Assembly (NCBI GenBank): GCA_964358205.1
Contig: CAYHNZ010000002.1
Location: 1 to 63,239, forward strand
Direction of reading: 5' to 3'
Length of the DNA stretch: 63,239 bases
Source of the DNA: an uncultured Candidatus Saccharibacteria bacterium
GTDB taxonomy: Bacteria; Patescibacteriota; UBA1384; 2-12-FULL-50-11
Positions 18,923-28,805 of this stretch are shown here, piece by piece (the first letter of the stretch is position 1; every line of letters starts with the position of its first letter). A program made the translations under genes and the position numbers. A model generated the notes under the pieces. The model worked only from the letters and a program-made list of their open reading frames with translations, did no database searches and was not told the DNA's origin.

Positions 18923-19225
18923 ATGGTGGAGAGGGGAAAGGGGCCAGAATTTCCAACAGGGGCGCCCGAAATAGAAGCGGCACCGAATTTTTCGGGGGAA
19001 GGTAATTTTCTTAATCCCGAACATGACTCGACCGATCCAACGCCAGCCGCTCCCGAGAACATACCGACTCCAACCTCACCAACCCCAGAACAACCAGCTG
19101 ATTCAACTGGACCTATCGCCACTGAAAGAGCCGAAATATTAAATATTTCAGACAGCGGGGACCCACTAGCGACCCAAGATACGATGGAGGGAATATTTTT
19201 AGCGGGGACTGAAACGAATGAGTGA
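18923..19225 (+). CDS. Pro/Thr-rich small protein
   Basis: 100-aa ORF whose stop overlaps the ATG of the next gene (ATGAGTGA). It is low-complexity and has no clear ribosome-binding site. Confidence 0.4.
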   Translation: MVERGKGPEFPTGAPEIEAAPNFSGEGNFLNPEHDSTDPTPAAPENIPTPTSPTPEQPADSTGPIATERAEILNISDSGDPLATQDTMEGIFLAGTETNE

Positions 19226-21650
19226 TTTATTGCCGACCTACCTTATCTACACCATTTTGGCCGCAATTGTCATCCTGCCGTTGGCGTTAATGTGGTTTTT
19301 TCGTTATTGGCAAAAAAAAGACGCCCTTGGCGATGTCAACTCTTTAGTTTGCTTACTAGTGTCGCTTCCAAAAGAAGCCACCGCCGATCCGCACGCCGCC
19401 AATGAACCGGTCAAGGACTTCAAGGGTCTGATTGCGCCAATGGAGCAGTTTTATTCAGCACTGACGACAACTATTCACCAACGACATTTTATCGACTGGC
19501 TTTTTAGTACCCCCGCTCACATTAGTTTTGAAATATACTCTGTCGGAGGGGTCATATCTTTTGGAGTCGTTTGTCCAAAAAGGATTCGAACAATTGTCGA
19601 ACGACAAGTTCACAGTTTTTTCCCCAACGCCCAAATAAATATCGGCGTCCCCCCGAAGGTTTTCACTAGCGAACAAGCCAATGTCTCGGGCGTTGTATTC
19701 GAGCAAGGCAAGAACTTTGTTCTGCCCCTCAAAACCTATCAGTATCTCGAAGCCGATCCGCTCAACACCCTAACAACAGCGTTGACCAAACTGCAGGGTT
19801 CGGGCGCCGCAACAATTCAAATGTTGATTCGACCGATTAGCGATAACTGGCGGATGCACACTGGTATTGCCAGCGGTCATGTCGTGGCCAATAAAATGCA
19901 CCTCGTCAATCGGACCGGCACCTCGCGAATTATTGGCACAATCGGCGAGGCAATAAAGACTACCCCACACGCAGAAATCTCCAAGCAAACCCAGCGCTCA
20001 CCAGCGCAAGAAGAGTTACTAAAAGCCCTTCAAGAAAAAGGCAATAAGACCGGTTTCGAAACGATCATTCGAGTGCTAGCGACTGGCGATACTCCGACCG
20101 CAGCCACCGAAAACACCAAAGCATTAATCAGCGCCTTCTCCCAGTTTTACTCGCCGCAGTTAAATAGTTTAAAGTACCGTCAGGTCGACCAAAAACGAAT
20201 TTCGCGTGACTATCTGCTCCGACTGTTTTCTGGAGCGCCAAAGATGATTTTGAATGTTGAAGAACTGGCTAGCATTTATCATTTTCCCAATCGTTACAGC
20301 GAAGTCCCGGGGATGAAGTGGGTCTTGGCCAAAACCTTGCCGTCGCCACCAAACTTACCAAAAGATGGGGTGGTCATCGGTGAAAGTAATTATCGAGGCG
20401 AGAAGAATTTAATTCGACTCCAAGATGAGGATCGCCGTCGTCATATTTTCATGATCGGTAAGACCGGTACTGGTAAAACTACGCTCTTCGAAACGATGAT
20501 CGAACAGGATATGTATAACGGCAAGGGACTATGCTTTATTGACCCTCTTGGCGATGCCGTTGAGTCGTTACTAAAAAAAGTGCCAACCCACCGCGCTAAC
20601 GACGTCATCGTCTTCGACCCGTCTGATATTCAATTCCCGCTAGGTTTAAATTTATTGGAATATACTAAACCAGAGGAAAAGGACTTTTTAATTCAAGAGG
20701 TAATCGAAATTTTCTACAAGCTTTTCGACCCGAATCGGACCGGCATCGTTGGACCGCAATGGGAACACTGGGCTCGTAACGCCGCCTTGACGGTGATGAG
20801 TCGTCCGGAAGGCGGTAGCTTAATTGATCTGCCTCGACTGTTTACCGATGACGCTTTTCGGGAGCAATCGGTTTCCTATGTGACTGACCCGGTCGTTAAA
20901 GCCTTCTGGGAGCAACAGCTGGCCAAAACCGCCGATTTTCACAAATCGGAAATGTACAACTATTTCATTTCTAAATTTGGCCGGTTTATGACTAACGACT
21001 TAATGCGTAACATCATCGGTCAAACCAAAAGTTCATTTGATTTAAGAGAATTGATGGATTCGGGCAAAATCCTGTTTGTTAACTTAGCCAAAGGTAAGAT
21101 TGGCGAAATAAACTCTAACCTTTTAGGATTAATTCTAGTTTCAAAAATCCAGGTGGCGGCCTTCAGTCGGGCTGATACTCCCGAAGAACAGCGGAAAGAT
21201 TTTTATCTTTATGTCGATGAGTTCCAGAACTTTACCACCGATACATTCGCGACGATTCTGGCCGAAGCTCGCAAGTACCGGCTCAACCTAAATGTCACCA
21301 ACCAATATTTCGCCCAACTAACCGAACACATTCGCGACGCCGTCATCGGTAATGTCGGGACGCTCATTTCGTACCGCATCGGCGCCGAGGACGGCGAATA
21401 CCTAGTCAAGGAAATGCCTGGGCTGACGGCCGAAGATCTAACCAACCTTGATCGGTTCCAAGCCTATGTTAAACTACTGATTGATTTGACGCCAAGCAAA
21501 CCCTTCTCACTCTCCGGCATTAAAAGCCCTAACGCTGGTTCAGTTGAAATGTCCGATTGGCTAAAAAAAGCTACCCGGGCTAAATACACCAAGCCACCAG
21601 TTGTTTTTGCGCCGATTGCCGCACCAGTCAAAACTACACCAAAACCATGA
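19218..21650 (+). CDS. VirD4/TraD-like (type IV coupling protein-like) P-loop ATPase, paralog 1
   Basis: N-terminal TM helix. Walker A GKTGTGKTT and Walker B FYLYVDEFQNF. The LAEARKYRLN and GNVGT blocks are shared with paralog 2. Confidence 0.85.
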   Translation: MSDLLPTYLIYTILAAIVILPLALMWFFRYWQKKDALGDVNSLVCLLVSLPKEATADPHAANEPVKDFKGLIAPMEQFYSALTTTIHQRHFIDWLFSTPAHISFEIYSVGGVISFGVVCPKRIRTIVERQVHSFFPNAQINIGVPPKVFTSEQANVSGVVFEQGKNFVLPLKTYQYLEADPLNTLTTALTKLQGSGAATIQMLIRPISDNWRMHTGIASGHVVANKMHLVNRTGTSRIIGTIGEAIKTTPHAEISKQTQRSPAQEELLKALQEKGNKTGFETIIRVLATGDTPTAATENTKALISAFSQFYSPQLNSLKYRQVDQKRISRDYLLRLFSGAPKMILNVEELASIYHFPNRYSEVPGMKWVLAKTLPSPPNLPKDGVVIGESNYRGEKNLIRLQDEDRRRHIFMIGKTGTGKTTLFETMIEQDMYNGKGLCFIDPLGDAVESLLKKVPTHRANDVIVFDPSDIQFPLGLNLLEYTKPEEKDFLIQEVIEIFYKLFDPNRTGIVGPQWEHWARNAALTVMSRPEGGSLIDLPRLFTDDAFREQSVSYVTDPVVKAFWEQQLAKTADFHKSEMYNYFISKFGRFMTNDLMRNIIGQTKSSFDLRELMDSGKILFVNLAKGKIGEINSNLLGLILVSKIQVAAFSRADTPEEQRKDFYLYVDEFQNFTTDTFATILAEARKYRLNLNVTNQYFAQLTEHIRDAVIGNVGTLISYRIGAEDGEYLVKEMPGLTAEDLTNLDRFQAYVKLLIDLTPSKPFSLSGIKSPNAGSVEMSDWLKKATRAKYTKPPVVFAPIAAPVKTTPKP

Positions 21651-24600
21651 CCGTATCAGCAATCAATTATTTATTCTCGGGTTTATTTTTGTTTGGGGCG
21701 TTATTATTGTGGTATCGATCGGTCAGAATGAGAAAGAAGATAGATTGGAGCGAGCCGACCGAGTATACCCTCATTTCAATTTCAGTACCCAAAAACAATG
21801 AGCGAACGCCCCAGGCGGCCGAACAAATGTTCGCCACATTGCATGGCATTTTTCGTGACGGCGCCACAGTCCAGCCGCACGTCAGCTTTGAGGTAGTTTC
21901 AAAAGCCAAATCAATTCGTTTCTATACCTTCATCCCGAAAGAGTTAAAAGAGTTTGTCGTTAGTCAAATTTTTGCTCAATACCCAACAGTCGAAATCGAT
22001 ATTATCGATCCCGATGACGATTACACCCATCTGGCAGAGGGCAAACAAATTGCCGCTACCGAACTTGATCTCAAGAAGCCCGCCCCATTTCCGATTAAAA
22101 CTTTTCAGAGCTTTGAAGTTGATCCGCTCTCGTCAATTACCGGTGTTTTAAGCTCAACGAGTGAGAGCGAGGAAATATGGATTCAAGTTTTGGTTCGGCC
22201 GATTGACGATGATTGGCAGGAGTTGGGTAAGGCCGAAATCAAGAAAATCAAAGAACCCGGACCAAAATCGATGAGCTTTGGTCAGCTGATAGCGACCGAG
22301 GTTAAGACGGTCTTATTTGATTTAGTTAAACACATTGTTACCGGACCGCCCGGAGAGGATAAAAAGAAGGATGAGAAGAAAAAAGACGACAAAGACAATC
22401 AAGAAAATGCCGCCGCCAAAGCGATCGAAGAGAAAATTACTAAACTTGGTTTCGCTACAAATATTCGGATACTGGCCGCCGCCAACGATGAGTACTCTGC
22501 TCGAGCCAAACTAGAACAAACCGTTGGCGCCTTCAAGCAATTCAATACCATCAACCTCAACGCTTTTATAGCCAAAGCCATTACCAGCGACGAGCAAGCC
22601 CATCAATTCTTTCGCGATCGAACTTTCGGCGACAGCTCGATGATTTTTAACATCACCGAGCTAGCCTCGATTTATCACTACCCATCTCAAACCGTTGTCA
22701 CGCCAACTATTGCTTGGGCCGGTTCAAAAAAGGGCGAACCACCAGCCAACCTACCGTTAGACGGAACTATACCATCGGATGAATTGACAGTTTTCGGCCA
22801 GACCAACTTCCGTAACGAAGTTAAAAGATTTGGCATAAAAAAGAAAGACCGGCGATTACATATGTACATCATTGGTAAAACTGGTACCGGTAAGTCGACG
22901 TTGATGGAGAATATGATTATCGACGATATTGTTGAGGGCAGGGGAATGGCTGTTGTTGATCCGCACGGCTCACTCATTCAGCATGTTTTAGAATTTATTC
23001 CCGCCAGCCGCTTACAAGATGTTATTTATTTTAACCCGGCCGATCACGATCATCCAGTTGGCTTCAACCTGCTAGAAAATGTTAATCCCGAGCAGAAAAA
23101 CATTGTGGCTTCCGGCGTGGTCGGTATCATGGAAAAGATCTTCGGTGAAGTATCTTGGGGTCCACGACTGGAATACATCTTGCGCAACGTCATCCTGGCA
23201 CTGCTGGAGTATCCCAACTCCACTTTTATGGGGATCATGCGCTTACTGACCGACAATGCTTATCGACGAATGGTCTTGAATGAAGTTAAGGATCCGGTCA
23301 TCCGCGATTTCTTTATTAATGAATTTGAAAAGTACGAGCCAAAATTTCGAACGGAAGCAATTGCGCCGATTCAAAATAAGGTTGGCCAGTTTCTGTCGGC
23401 CTCAACAATTCGGAACATTGTTGGCCAGCCAAAATCAACCATTGATATTCGACGTATTATGGACGAGGGCAAAATTTTACTGGCCGACTTATCGATCGGC
23501 AAAATCGGTGAAGATAATTCAGCTTTGCTCGGCTCAATGCTGATCACCAAAATTCAACTGGCGGCGATGGGTCGAGTGGACGTGGCTGAAGACGAACGCC
23601 GCGATTTCTATTTATATGTTGATGAGTTTCAGAATTTTGCCACTGAATCGTTCGCGACCATTTTGTCGGAGGCCCGTAAGTATCGGCTCAACCTGGCTAT
23701 GGCTAACCAATATACGGCCCAAATGCCGGAAGCTGTCTCTAACGCCGTCTTTGGCAATGTCGGGACGATGGTTAGTTTTCGAGTTGGGGCGCAGGATGCC
23801 GATGTCTTGGTTAAAGAGTACGAGCCGATTTTTGACTCTAACGATCTAGTTAATCTAGATAACTATCAAATCTATCTCAAAATGGCGATTGATGGAGTAA
23901 CGGTTCCAGCATTTTCGGCTGGTACTTTACCGCCCCGGACGGAGAAAACCAATCTTGTTGATCAGATAATCGCCAACAGTCGCCAGATGTACTCGCGGCC
24001 AGTCGAGGAAGTAGAGGATTATATTACCGAATGGTCAGCACCAATTAATCTATCGGATCCATCAAAGCAAACTGTCCCCCAGCCTTACGAAGAACTGAAG
24101 ACTAAAACTAATGCCTTTAGTGAAGCCCCAAATCCCAAACCCCAAATCCCAAACAACGACCGAATCCAATCCCAAAATCTCAAAGAAGGGAATGGTGATA
24201 TGATGAAACTTGAAGTAGGGGATGGCGAAGAAAAAAGGGGAGTCGCTGAAGCACCTAAGGTTTTTGAGGAAGAGGGGAATGAGGCAACAAAAGTAGCTAA
24301 GGCCCAGCTGGGTCGGGTAGAATTGCCCGAGGGTGTTAAGACCGAAATAATCAAAGACAGGTTCGACCGACAGTGGTATGCGGTGACGGAAGGGGACAAG
24401 AATCACGAATTAGGAATTAAGAATTACGAATTACAAGATAGTAGTGCGGAAGAGTCTAGTGCCCAGTCCCCAGTTCTTAGTCCCACTGAAAGTAGGGGAG
24501 GGGGGCGAGTCGAAGAAGGGTCTAGCCCCCAGTCCCAAGATCCTACCAGTCCCCAGTTCCTAGCTCCTAGTTCCGACGATTCAAAAAATACACAGCCTGC

Positions 24601-24796
24601 CGTTCAGAGCGGGCCCGCCAGCTACGCCAGTGAGACACAGACGAGCTTGGCGGGCAGGGGAGTCGGGTCGGAAAGTGACCGTTTAATATCCTGGGATGAT
24701 GCCGAACAGCTTGGTATTGAGGCGTCACCAGCAGATGTTGAGCCAGCTAAAAGTGATTCCGATCATGGGTTAACGCCCTTAGACGAAATCCGTTAA
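21647..24796 (+). CDS. VirD4/TraD-like P-loop ATPase, paralog 2, with a low-complexity tail of about 280 aa
   Basis: ATGA start/stop overlap with paralog 1. Walker A GKTGTGKST and Walker B FYLYVDEFQNF. The C-terminal third is encoded partly by heptanucleotide arrays. Confidence 0.85.
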   Translation: MTVSAINYLFSGLFLFGALLLWYRSVRMRKKIDWSEPTEYTLISISVPKNNERTPQAAEQMFATLHGIFRDGATVQPHVSFEVVSKAKSIRFYTFIPKELKEFVVSQIFAQYPTVEIDIIDPDDDYTHLAEGKQIAATELDLKKPAPFPIKTFQSFEVDPLSSITGVLSSTSESEEIWIQVLVRPIDDDWQELGKAEIKKIKEPGPKSMSFGQLIATEVKTVLFDLVKHIVTGPPGEDKKKDEKKKDDKDNQENAAAKAIEEKITKLGFATNIRILAAANDEYSARAKLEQTVGAFKQFNTINLNAFIAKAITSDEQAHQFFRDRTFGDSSMIFNITELASIYHYPSQTVVTPTIAWAGSKKGEPPANLPLDGTIPSDELTVFGQTNFRNEVKRFGIKKKDRRLHMYIIGKTGTGKSTLMENMIIDDIVEGRGMAVVDPHGSLIQHVLEFIPASRLQDVIYFNPADHDHPVGFNLLENVNPEQKNIVASGVVGIMEKIFGEVSWGPRLEYILRNVILALLEYPNSTFMGIMRLLTDNAYRRMVLNEVKDPVIRDFFINEFEKYEPKFRTEAIAPIQNKVGQFLSASTIRNIVGQPKSTIDIRRIMDEGKILLADLSIGKIGEDNSALLGSMLITKIQLAAMGRVDVAEDERRDFYLYVDEFQNFATESFATILSEARKYRLNLAMANQYTAQMPEAVSNAVFGNVGTMVSFRVGAQDADVLVKEYEPIFDSNDLVNLDNYQIYLKMAIDGVTVPAFSAGTLPPRTEKTNLVDQIIANSRQMYSRPVEEVEDYITEWSAPINLSDPSKQTVPQPYEELKTKTNAFSEAPNPKPQIPNNDRIQSQNLKEGNGDMMKLEVGDGEEKRGVAEAPKVFEEEGNEATKVAKAQLGRVELPEGVKTEIIKDRFDRQWYAVTEGDKNHELGIKNYELQDSSAEESSAQSPVLSPTESRGGGRVEEGSSPQSQDPTSPQFLAPSSDDSKNTQPAVQSGPASYASETQTSLAGRGVGSESDRLISWDDAEQLGIEASPADVEPAKSDSDHGLTPLDEIR
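24407..24490. repeat. Heptanucleotide array inside the ATPase tail
   Basis: GAATTAG GAATTAA GAATTAC GAATTAC AAGATAG ... CTAGTGC CCAGTCC CCAGTTC TTAGTCC. A second block lies at about 24521-24575. Confidence 0.8.
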
Positions 24797-25263
24797 AACG
24801 CCTCCCCTCTCCCGGGCGGAGAATTGTGCATATTTTTAAATTTATTTCGCAGTTCCCCACCCGGCTCCAGGGGAGAGAGGGTGTGGGATTACAATGAAAT
24901 TGATACTATCTTGACTACCCCTCTTGTCAGCTTTTTTTAGGCAAATTCCCCTCTCTTCGCAAGTTATGTCGCACAAGATACATTATCAGACAAGAATCGA
25001 CATCGAATCTGTTAGATTGCTCTCGAGACTCAAAGCTCCTCATCTCCGCCAAGAAGTCCTTGTAAGCCAAAACCTCTATGTTCCCTGTTAGGATCTATCG
25101 GTCCACTTTCTCTACATCCCTTCACAAAATTAGCATATACTCCGAACCAGTAAAAACACACTTTACGGTCAAATTTGCGTTTTAAGACACGCAAAATTTT
25201 TCGATGATGAACTAACCGTCGAACATCCAAAATCTACTAACGCCAACCGCGGTAACGGCAAAC

Positions 25264-26247
25264 TTAGATGTGTTTGCCGTGATGGTTAATGCGGTTTTGC
25301 CAAACAACTAGCAATGGTGTGGCGGTGAAAATCGATGAGTAGGTGCCAATAACGATACCAATCAGGAGGGTTACCACAAAGCCGCGGATGCTCTCACCGC
25401 CCATAACCGTCAAGGCAGTTAGGGTAAAGATAACCGTTAGGCTAGTCGCCATCGAGCGGTTTAGGGTTTGAGATAAGGACATATCGGCGATTGTTTCAAA
25501 ACCGAGCGACTCTTCTTTGTGCTTGGCTAGATTCTCTCGGATTCGATCGAAGACGACAATCGTGTCGTGAACCGAGAAACCCATTACCGTTAACAGAGCG
25601 GTGATAAAGGAGGCGTCAACCTCGAAGTGGAAAAAATGAGCCAAGATCGAGAAAACTCCGACGGTAATAACTAAATCGTGGAGAAGGGCCACTACCGCTA
25701 CGACTCCAAAGCGCCAGGACGAAACGGGGAAGGTAACCGTTCGGAAGGAATAAGCGAGATATAGAATAATAAAGACCGAGGCCAAGACGACCGCCAGAAT
25801 CGCTTTGCGGGTTAGGTCTTGGCTAACGCTAGGGCCAACTAGTTGGTATTGCTTTTCAGTTACTGATCCAAAGTCCTCATTTATTTTTTTGATAATTGCT
25901 TGATGTTGCTCGTTAGTAATTGGTAGCATTCGTAGTGTTAAGGCTGATTGATCAGTTTTAGTGACGACTAGCCCCTCAACATCGGGATATTCACTGACCT
26001 TTTGTCGTAAGTCGGTCTCCCCGACTGGTTTGTCAAAACTTAAATCCATCTGGGCTCCACCCTTGAAATCAATGCCAAAAGGCAATTTCCAGATGATTAA
26101 GAATAATATCCCAACAATAAATAAGCCGAGTGAAATAGTAAACCAAAGCTTCTTTTTTCGCCCCAAGAAAAGGTAGTGGTTAGAATTTAGATTTTCGATT
26201 TTCGAATTTCGAATTTGGTTTCGTGATTCTTTATTCTGCATCATCAT
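25264..26247 (-). CDS. secF: Protein translocase subunit SecF
   Basis: GIDFKGGAQ motif and six TM segments. ATGA overlap with the secD stop. The N-terminal 25 aa are encoded by a heptanucleotide array, so the true start is uncertain. Confidence 0.9.
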   Translation of the reverse strand: MMMQNKESRNQIRNSKIENLNSNHYLFLGRKKKLWFTISLGLFIVGILFLIIWKLPFGIDFKGGAQMDLSFDKPVGETDLRQKVSEYPDVEGLVVTKTDQSALTLRMLPITNEQHQAIIKKINEDFGSVTEKQYQLVGPSVSQDLTRKAILAVVLASVFIILYLAYSFRTVTFPVSSWRFGVVAVVALLHDLVITVGVFSILAHFFHFEVDASFITALLTVMGFSVHDTIVVFDRIRENLAKHKEESLGFETIADMSLSQTLNRSMATSLTVIFTLTALTVMGGESIRGFVVTLLIGIVIGTYSSIFTATPLLVVWQNRINHHGKHI

Positions 26248-27509
26248 ATTTTTCCCAGCTGCCTCTCCCCTATTTTGGACATCGCCAATATACGCAAGAA
26301 TGCTCGGCTGGCGGTAATTGAGCTAAAGAGCGAAACTATCACGCCCAGTGCCAAGGTGAAGGCAAATCCCCTGACCGAGCCGGTGGTGGTGTAATACAGA
26401 ATGGCGCAAGTGATAATAGTTGAGGCGTTGGAATCGCGAACCGACGGCCAAGCCCTCCGAAAGGCCTCTTCGAGAGCAATTTTCAAGGCCTTCCCCTCTT
26501 TCAGCTCTTCACGCAGGCGCTCAAATATTAGAATATTAGCGTCAACAGCCATGCCGATCGACAGGATAAAACCAGCGATCCCCGCTAGGGTCAAAGTGAC
26601 CGGAATAAACTTAAACAGCGCTAGAGTGATTAAGGCGTAGCCGGTCAGAGCGAAAACAGCAATTAACCCGGCTAGTCGGTAGTTAAAGATCATAAATAAC
26701 GCTACTAAAATTAAACCAATGATGCCAGCCACAAGCGATTTTTTGACTGAATCAGCGCCGAGCGTTGCACCGACGGTATGTTGTTCTATCAGTTTAATCG
26801 GCACGTCCAGTGCGCCAGCGTTTAGGAGGCTGACTAACTGCTTAACCTCTTCGAGGGCGAATTGACCGGTAATAACGGCTTCACCACCAGTAATTTTCTG
26901 CTGAACATTTGGAGCAGACAAAATCTGGTCATCTAAAAAGATCGCCACCTGTTTATTTATATTTCGCTCGGTGATTTGCTCGAATAATGTTGCGCCGTCG
27001 GCGTTAAATTGGAGGCTAACTTGAGGGGCGTTAGTTGTTTGGTCAAAACTAACTTGGGCGCGTTTGAGTTGTTTGCCGGAAAGATTGGTCGGTAACCACT
27101 TGACGTCGCTTTGAGTTGAGGTTGGGTCGAGCTCTTTGAATTCGAGCTGGGCAGTTTTGCCGATTAAATCAATAGCCTGCTGGACATCTTTAATACCTGG
27201 TAGCTCAACTATAACGGTGTTTGTCGTACCCACTTTGGCCGGCTGGATTAATGGTTCAGAGACACCGGTGCTGTTAACTCGGCGTTCGATGACCTGGCGG
27301 GTTGATTCAATAGCACTAGTTTTTTCGCTATCAGCAGTTTTGGATAGATCGAGCTCATAGGCTAGTCGAACTCCCCCTTGAAGGTCCAAGCCTTGTCGGA
27401 CTGGCAAATCGCGGCCCAAGAACTTTTCTGTTACCGGATATGAAATGTAACCAGACAGGCCGATAATGGCCAAAATCAGTAATAACCCAATCCAGAAACT
27501 ACGACGCAT
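26244..27509 (-). CDS. secD: Protein translocase subunit SecD
   Basis: GLDLQGGV motif, periplasmic domain and C-terminal TM bundle. ATG at 27509 (MRRSFWIGLLL). Confidence 0.9.
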   Translation of the reverse strand: MRRSFWIGLLLILAIIGLSGYISYPVTEKFLGRDLPVRQGLDLQGGVRLAYELDLSKTADSEKTSAIESTRQVIERRVNSTGVSEPLIQPAKVGTTNTVIVELPGIKDVQQAIDLIGKTAQLEFKELDPTSTQSDVKWLPTNLSGKQLKRAQVSFDQTTNAPQVSLQFNADGATLFEQITERNINKQVAIFLDDQILSAPNVQQKITGGEAVITGQFALEEVKQLVSLLNAGALDVPIKLIEQHTVGATLGADSVKKSLVAGIIGLILVALFMIFNYRLAGLIAVFALTGYALITLALFKFIPVTLTLAGIAGFILSIGMAVDANILIFERLREELKEGKALKIALEEAFRRAWPSVRDSNASTIITCAILYYTTTGSVRGFAFTLALGVIVSLFSSITASRAFLRILAMSKIGERQLGKI

Positions 27510-27540
27510 TACTTCGAACCTCCAGTTCGAAGATAACTCA

Positions 27541-27672
27541 AAAGGCAAAAGTCAAAAGCCAAAACTTTAACTATTGTCGCTAGCGCTCGCTTCTCGGCTA
27601 CGCCTCGCAGTAGCTCAAAGTTAATTAGTTTCGAGTTGTAGTTTTGAGTTCTAACCTTTGAGTTTTGAGTTT
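27541..27672. repeat. Heptanucleotide array filling the manC-secD spacer (about 19 units)
   Basis: AAAGGCA AAAGTCA AAAGCCA AAACTTT ... GCGCTCG CTTCTCG ... TAGTTTT GAGTTCT AACCTTT GAGTTTT GAGTTTT, all in one phase. Confidence 0.8.
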
Positions 27673-28725
27673 TCATAAGTATTTTCCGTGTCCGAGCTCA
27701 TCTAACTTTTCTACCAGTTTTTTAACGTCTTGAACAGAGTCTCGCTGGCAGACGAGGATTGCCTCATCCGTTTCGATAATAATCGCATCCTTAATGCCAA
27801 CGGTGGCGATTAGTTTATTCTGACTAATAATCAAAGAATTTTCGGAGTTGATCCCCTGGTGAGTACCAACAACGATATTGCTGGTGTCGCTCTTTTCAAG
27901 CAGAATTTGATAAAGTGCCTCCCAGTTGCCAAGGTCGCTCCACTGGACGATGGCGGGTATGACGGCCCGGTGTTTAGCTTTTTCTACCACCGCGCTGTCG
28001 AAAGGCTGTGACGGTACCGCTTGGTAGGATTTCGTTTGTTGATTGGCTCGGAATTCTTTTATTCCGCTATCAATTTCCGGTGCGTGTTCGGCGAAAAGCT
28101 TATTAATTGTTTCGGCTCTGGCGAAGAAACAGCCGGAGTTCCATAAAAATTTGCCACTTCGAACATATTTTTGAGCGGTTTTTAAATCCGGTTTTTCGCG
28201 AAAGCGTTTGACAGCAAATACTTGATCTTTTTGGGCACTAATTGGCCGACCGACTTCGATATAACCGTAGCCGGTGTTGGGTTCGGTCGCTTGAATGCCA
28301 GAAGTCAATAAATACTGTTGATGTTGACGACAAAAATCTAGGGCTTTCTTACAAACAACTTGAAACTCTTTTGGCAGGCCGATGTAATGGTCGGACGGGA
28401 AAATTGCGAGATTCGCTTCTGGGTCAATGTCGATTATTGTTTGAGCGGCTAAGCTGATCGCGGCGGCGGTGTTACGACCGCAAGGCTCGCAAATAATCTG
28501 TTGAAGTTTTAGTTGTGGTAACTGGGTCTTTGTTTGCTCGGCATGATCGTTTATTGTTACTAACCAAACATTATCCTTACCAACCAATTTAGCGGCTCGT
28601 TCAAATGTGTGTTGAAGTAAAGTTCTTTTACCCAAAAAACTCTGAAATTGCTTCGGCGAGCTTCGGCGCGAAAACGGCCAAAGTCGAGTCCCCACTCCCC
28701 CAGCTAAAATCACAGCATGATTCAT
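27673..28725 (-). CDS. Mannose-1-phosphate guanylyltransferase-like nucleotidyltransferase
   Basis: N-terminal ILAGGVGTRLWPFSR sugar-nucleotidyltransferase motif. ATG at 28725. Confidence 0.85.
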   Translation of the reverse strand: MNHAVILAGGVGTRLWPFSRRSSPKQFQSFLGKRTLLQHTFERAAKLVGKDNVWLVTINDHAEQTKTQLPQLKLQQIICEPCGRNTAAAISLAAQTIIDIDPEANLAIFPSDHYIGLPKEFQVVCKKALDFCRQHQQYLLTSGIQATEPNTGYGYIEVGRPISAQKDQVFAVKRFREKPDLKTAQKYVRSGKFLWNSGCFFARAETINKLFAEHAPEIDSGIKEFRANQQTKSYQAVPSQPFDSAVVEKAKHRAVIPAIVQWSDLGNWEALYQILLEKSDTSNIVVGTHQGINSENSLIISQNKLIATVGIKDAIIIETDEAILVCQRDSVQDVKKLVEKLDELGHGKYL

Positions 28726-28805
28726 GAATCCCCAGTTTAACAGATATAGGAGGTATCTCAACTTCGTTGTTGCTTCCCCCATGATTCTATAAGTAATGCA
28801 CAATC

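Noticed and set aside
25030-25230. A 66-aa minus-strand ORF lies in the 470-nt gap between the ATPase gene and secF.
   Set aside because: It has no ribosome-binding site, no recognisable motif and non-coding-like composition. The gap also contains an imperfect long-range inverted repeat (about 24797-24885), but I could not assign a function to either.
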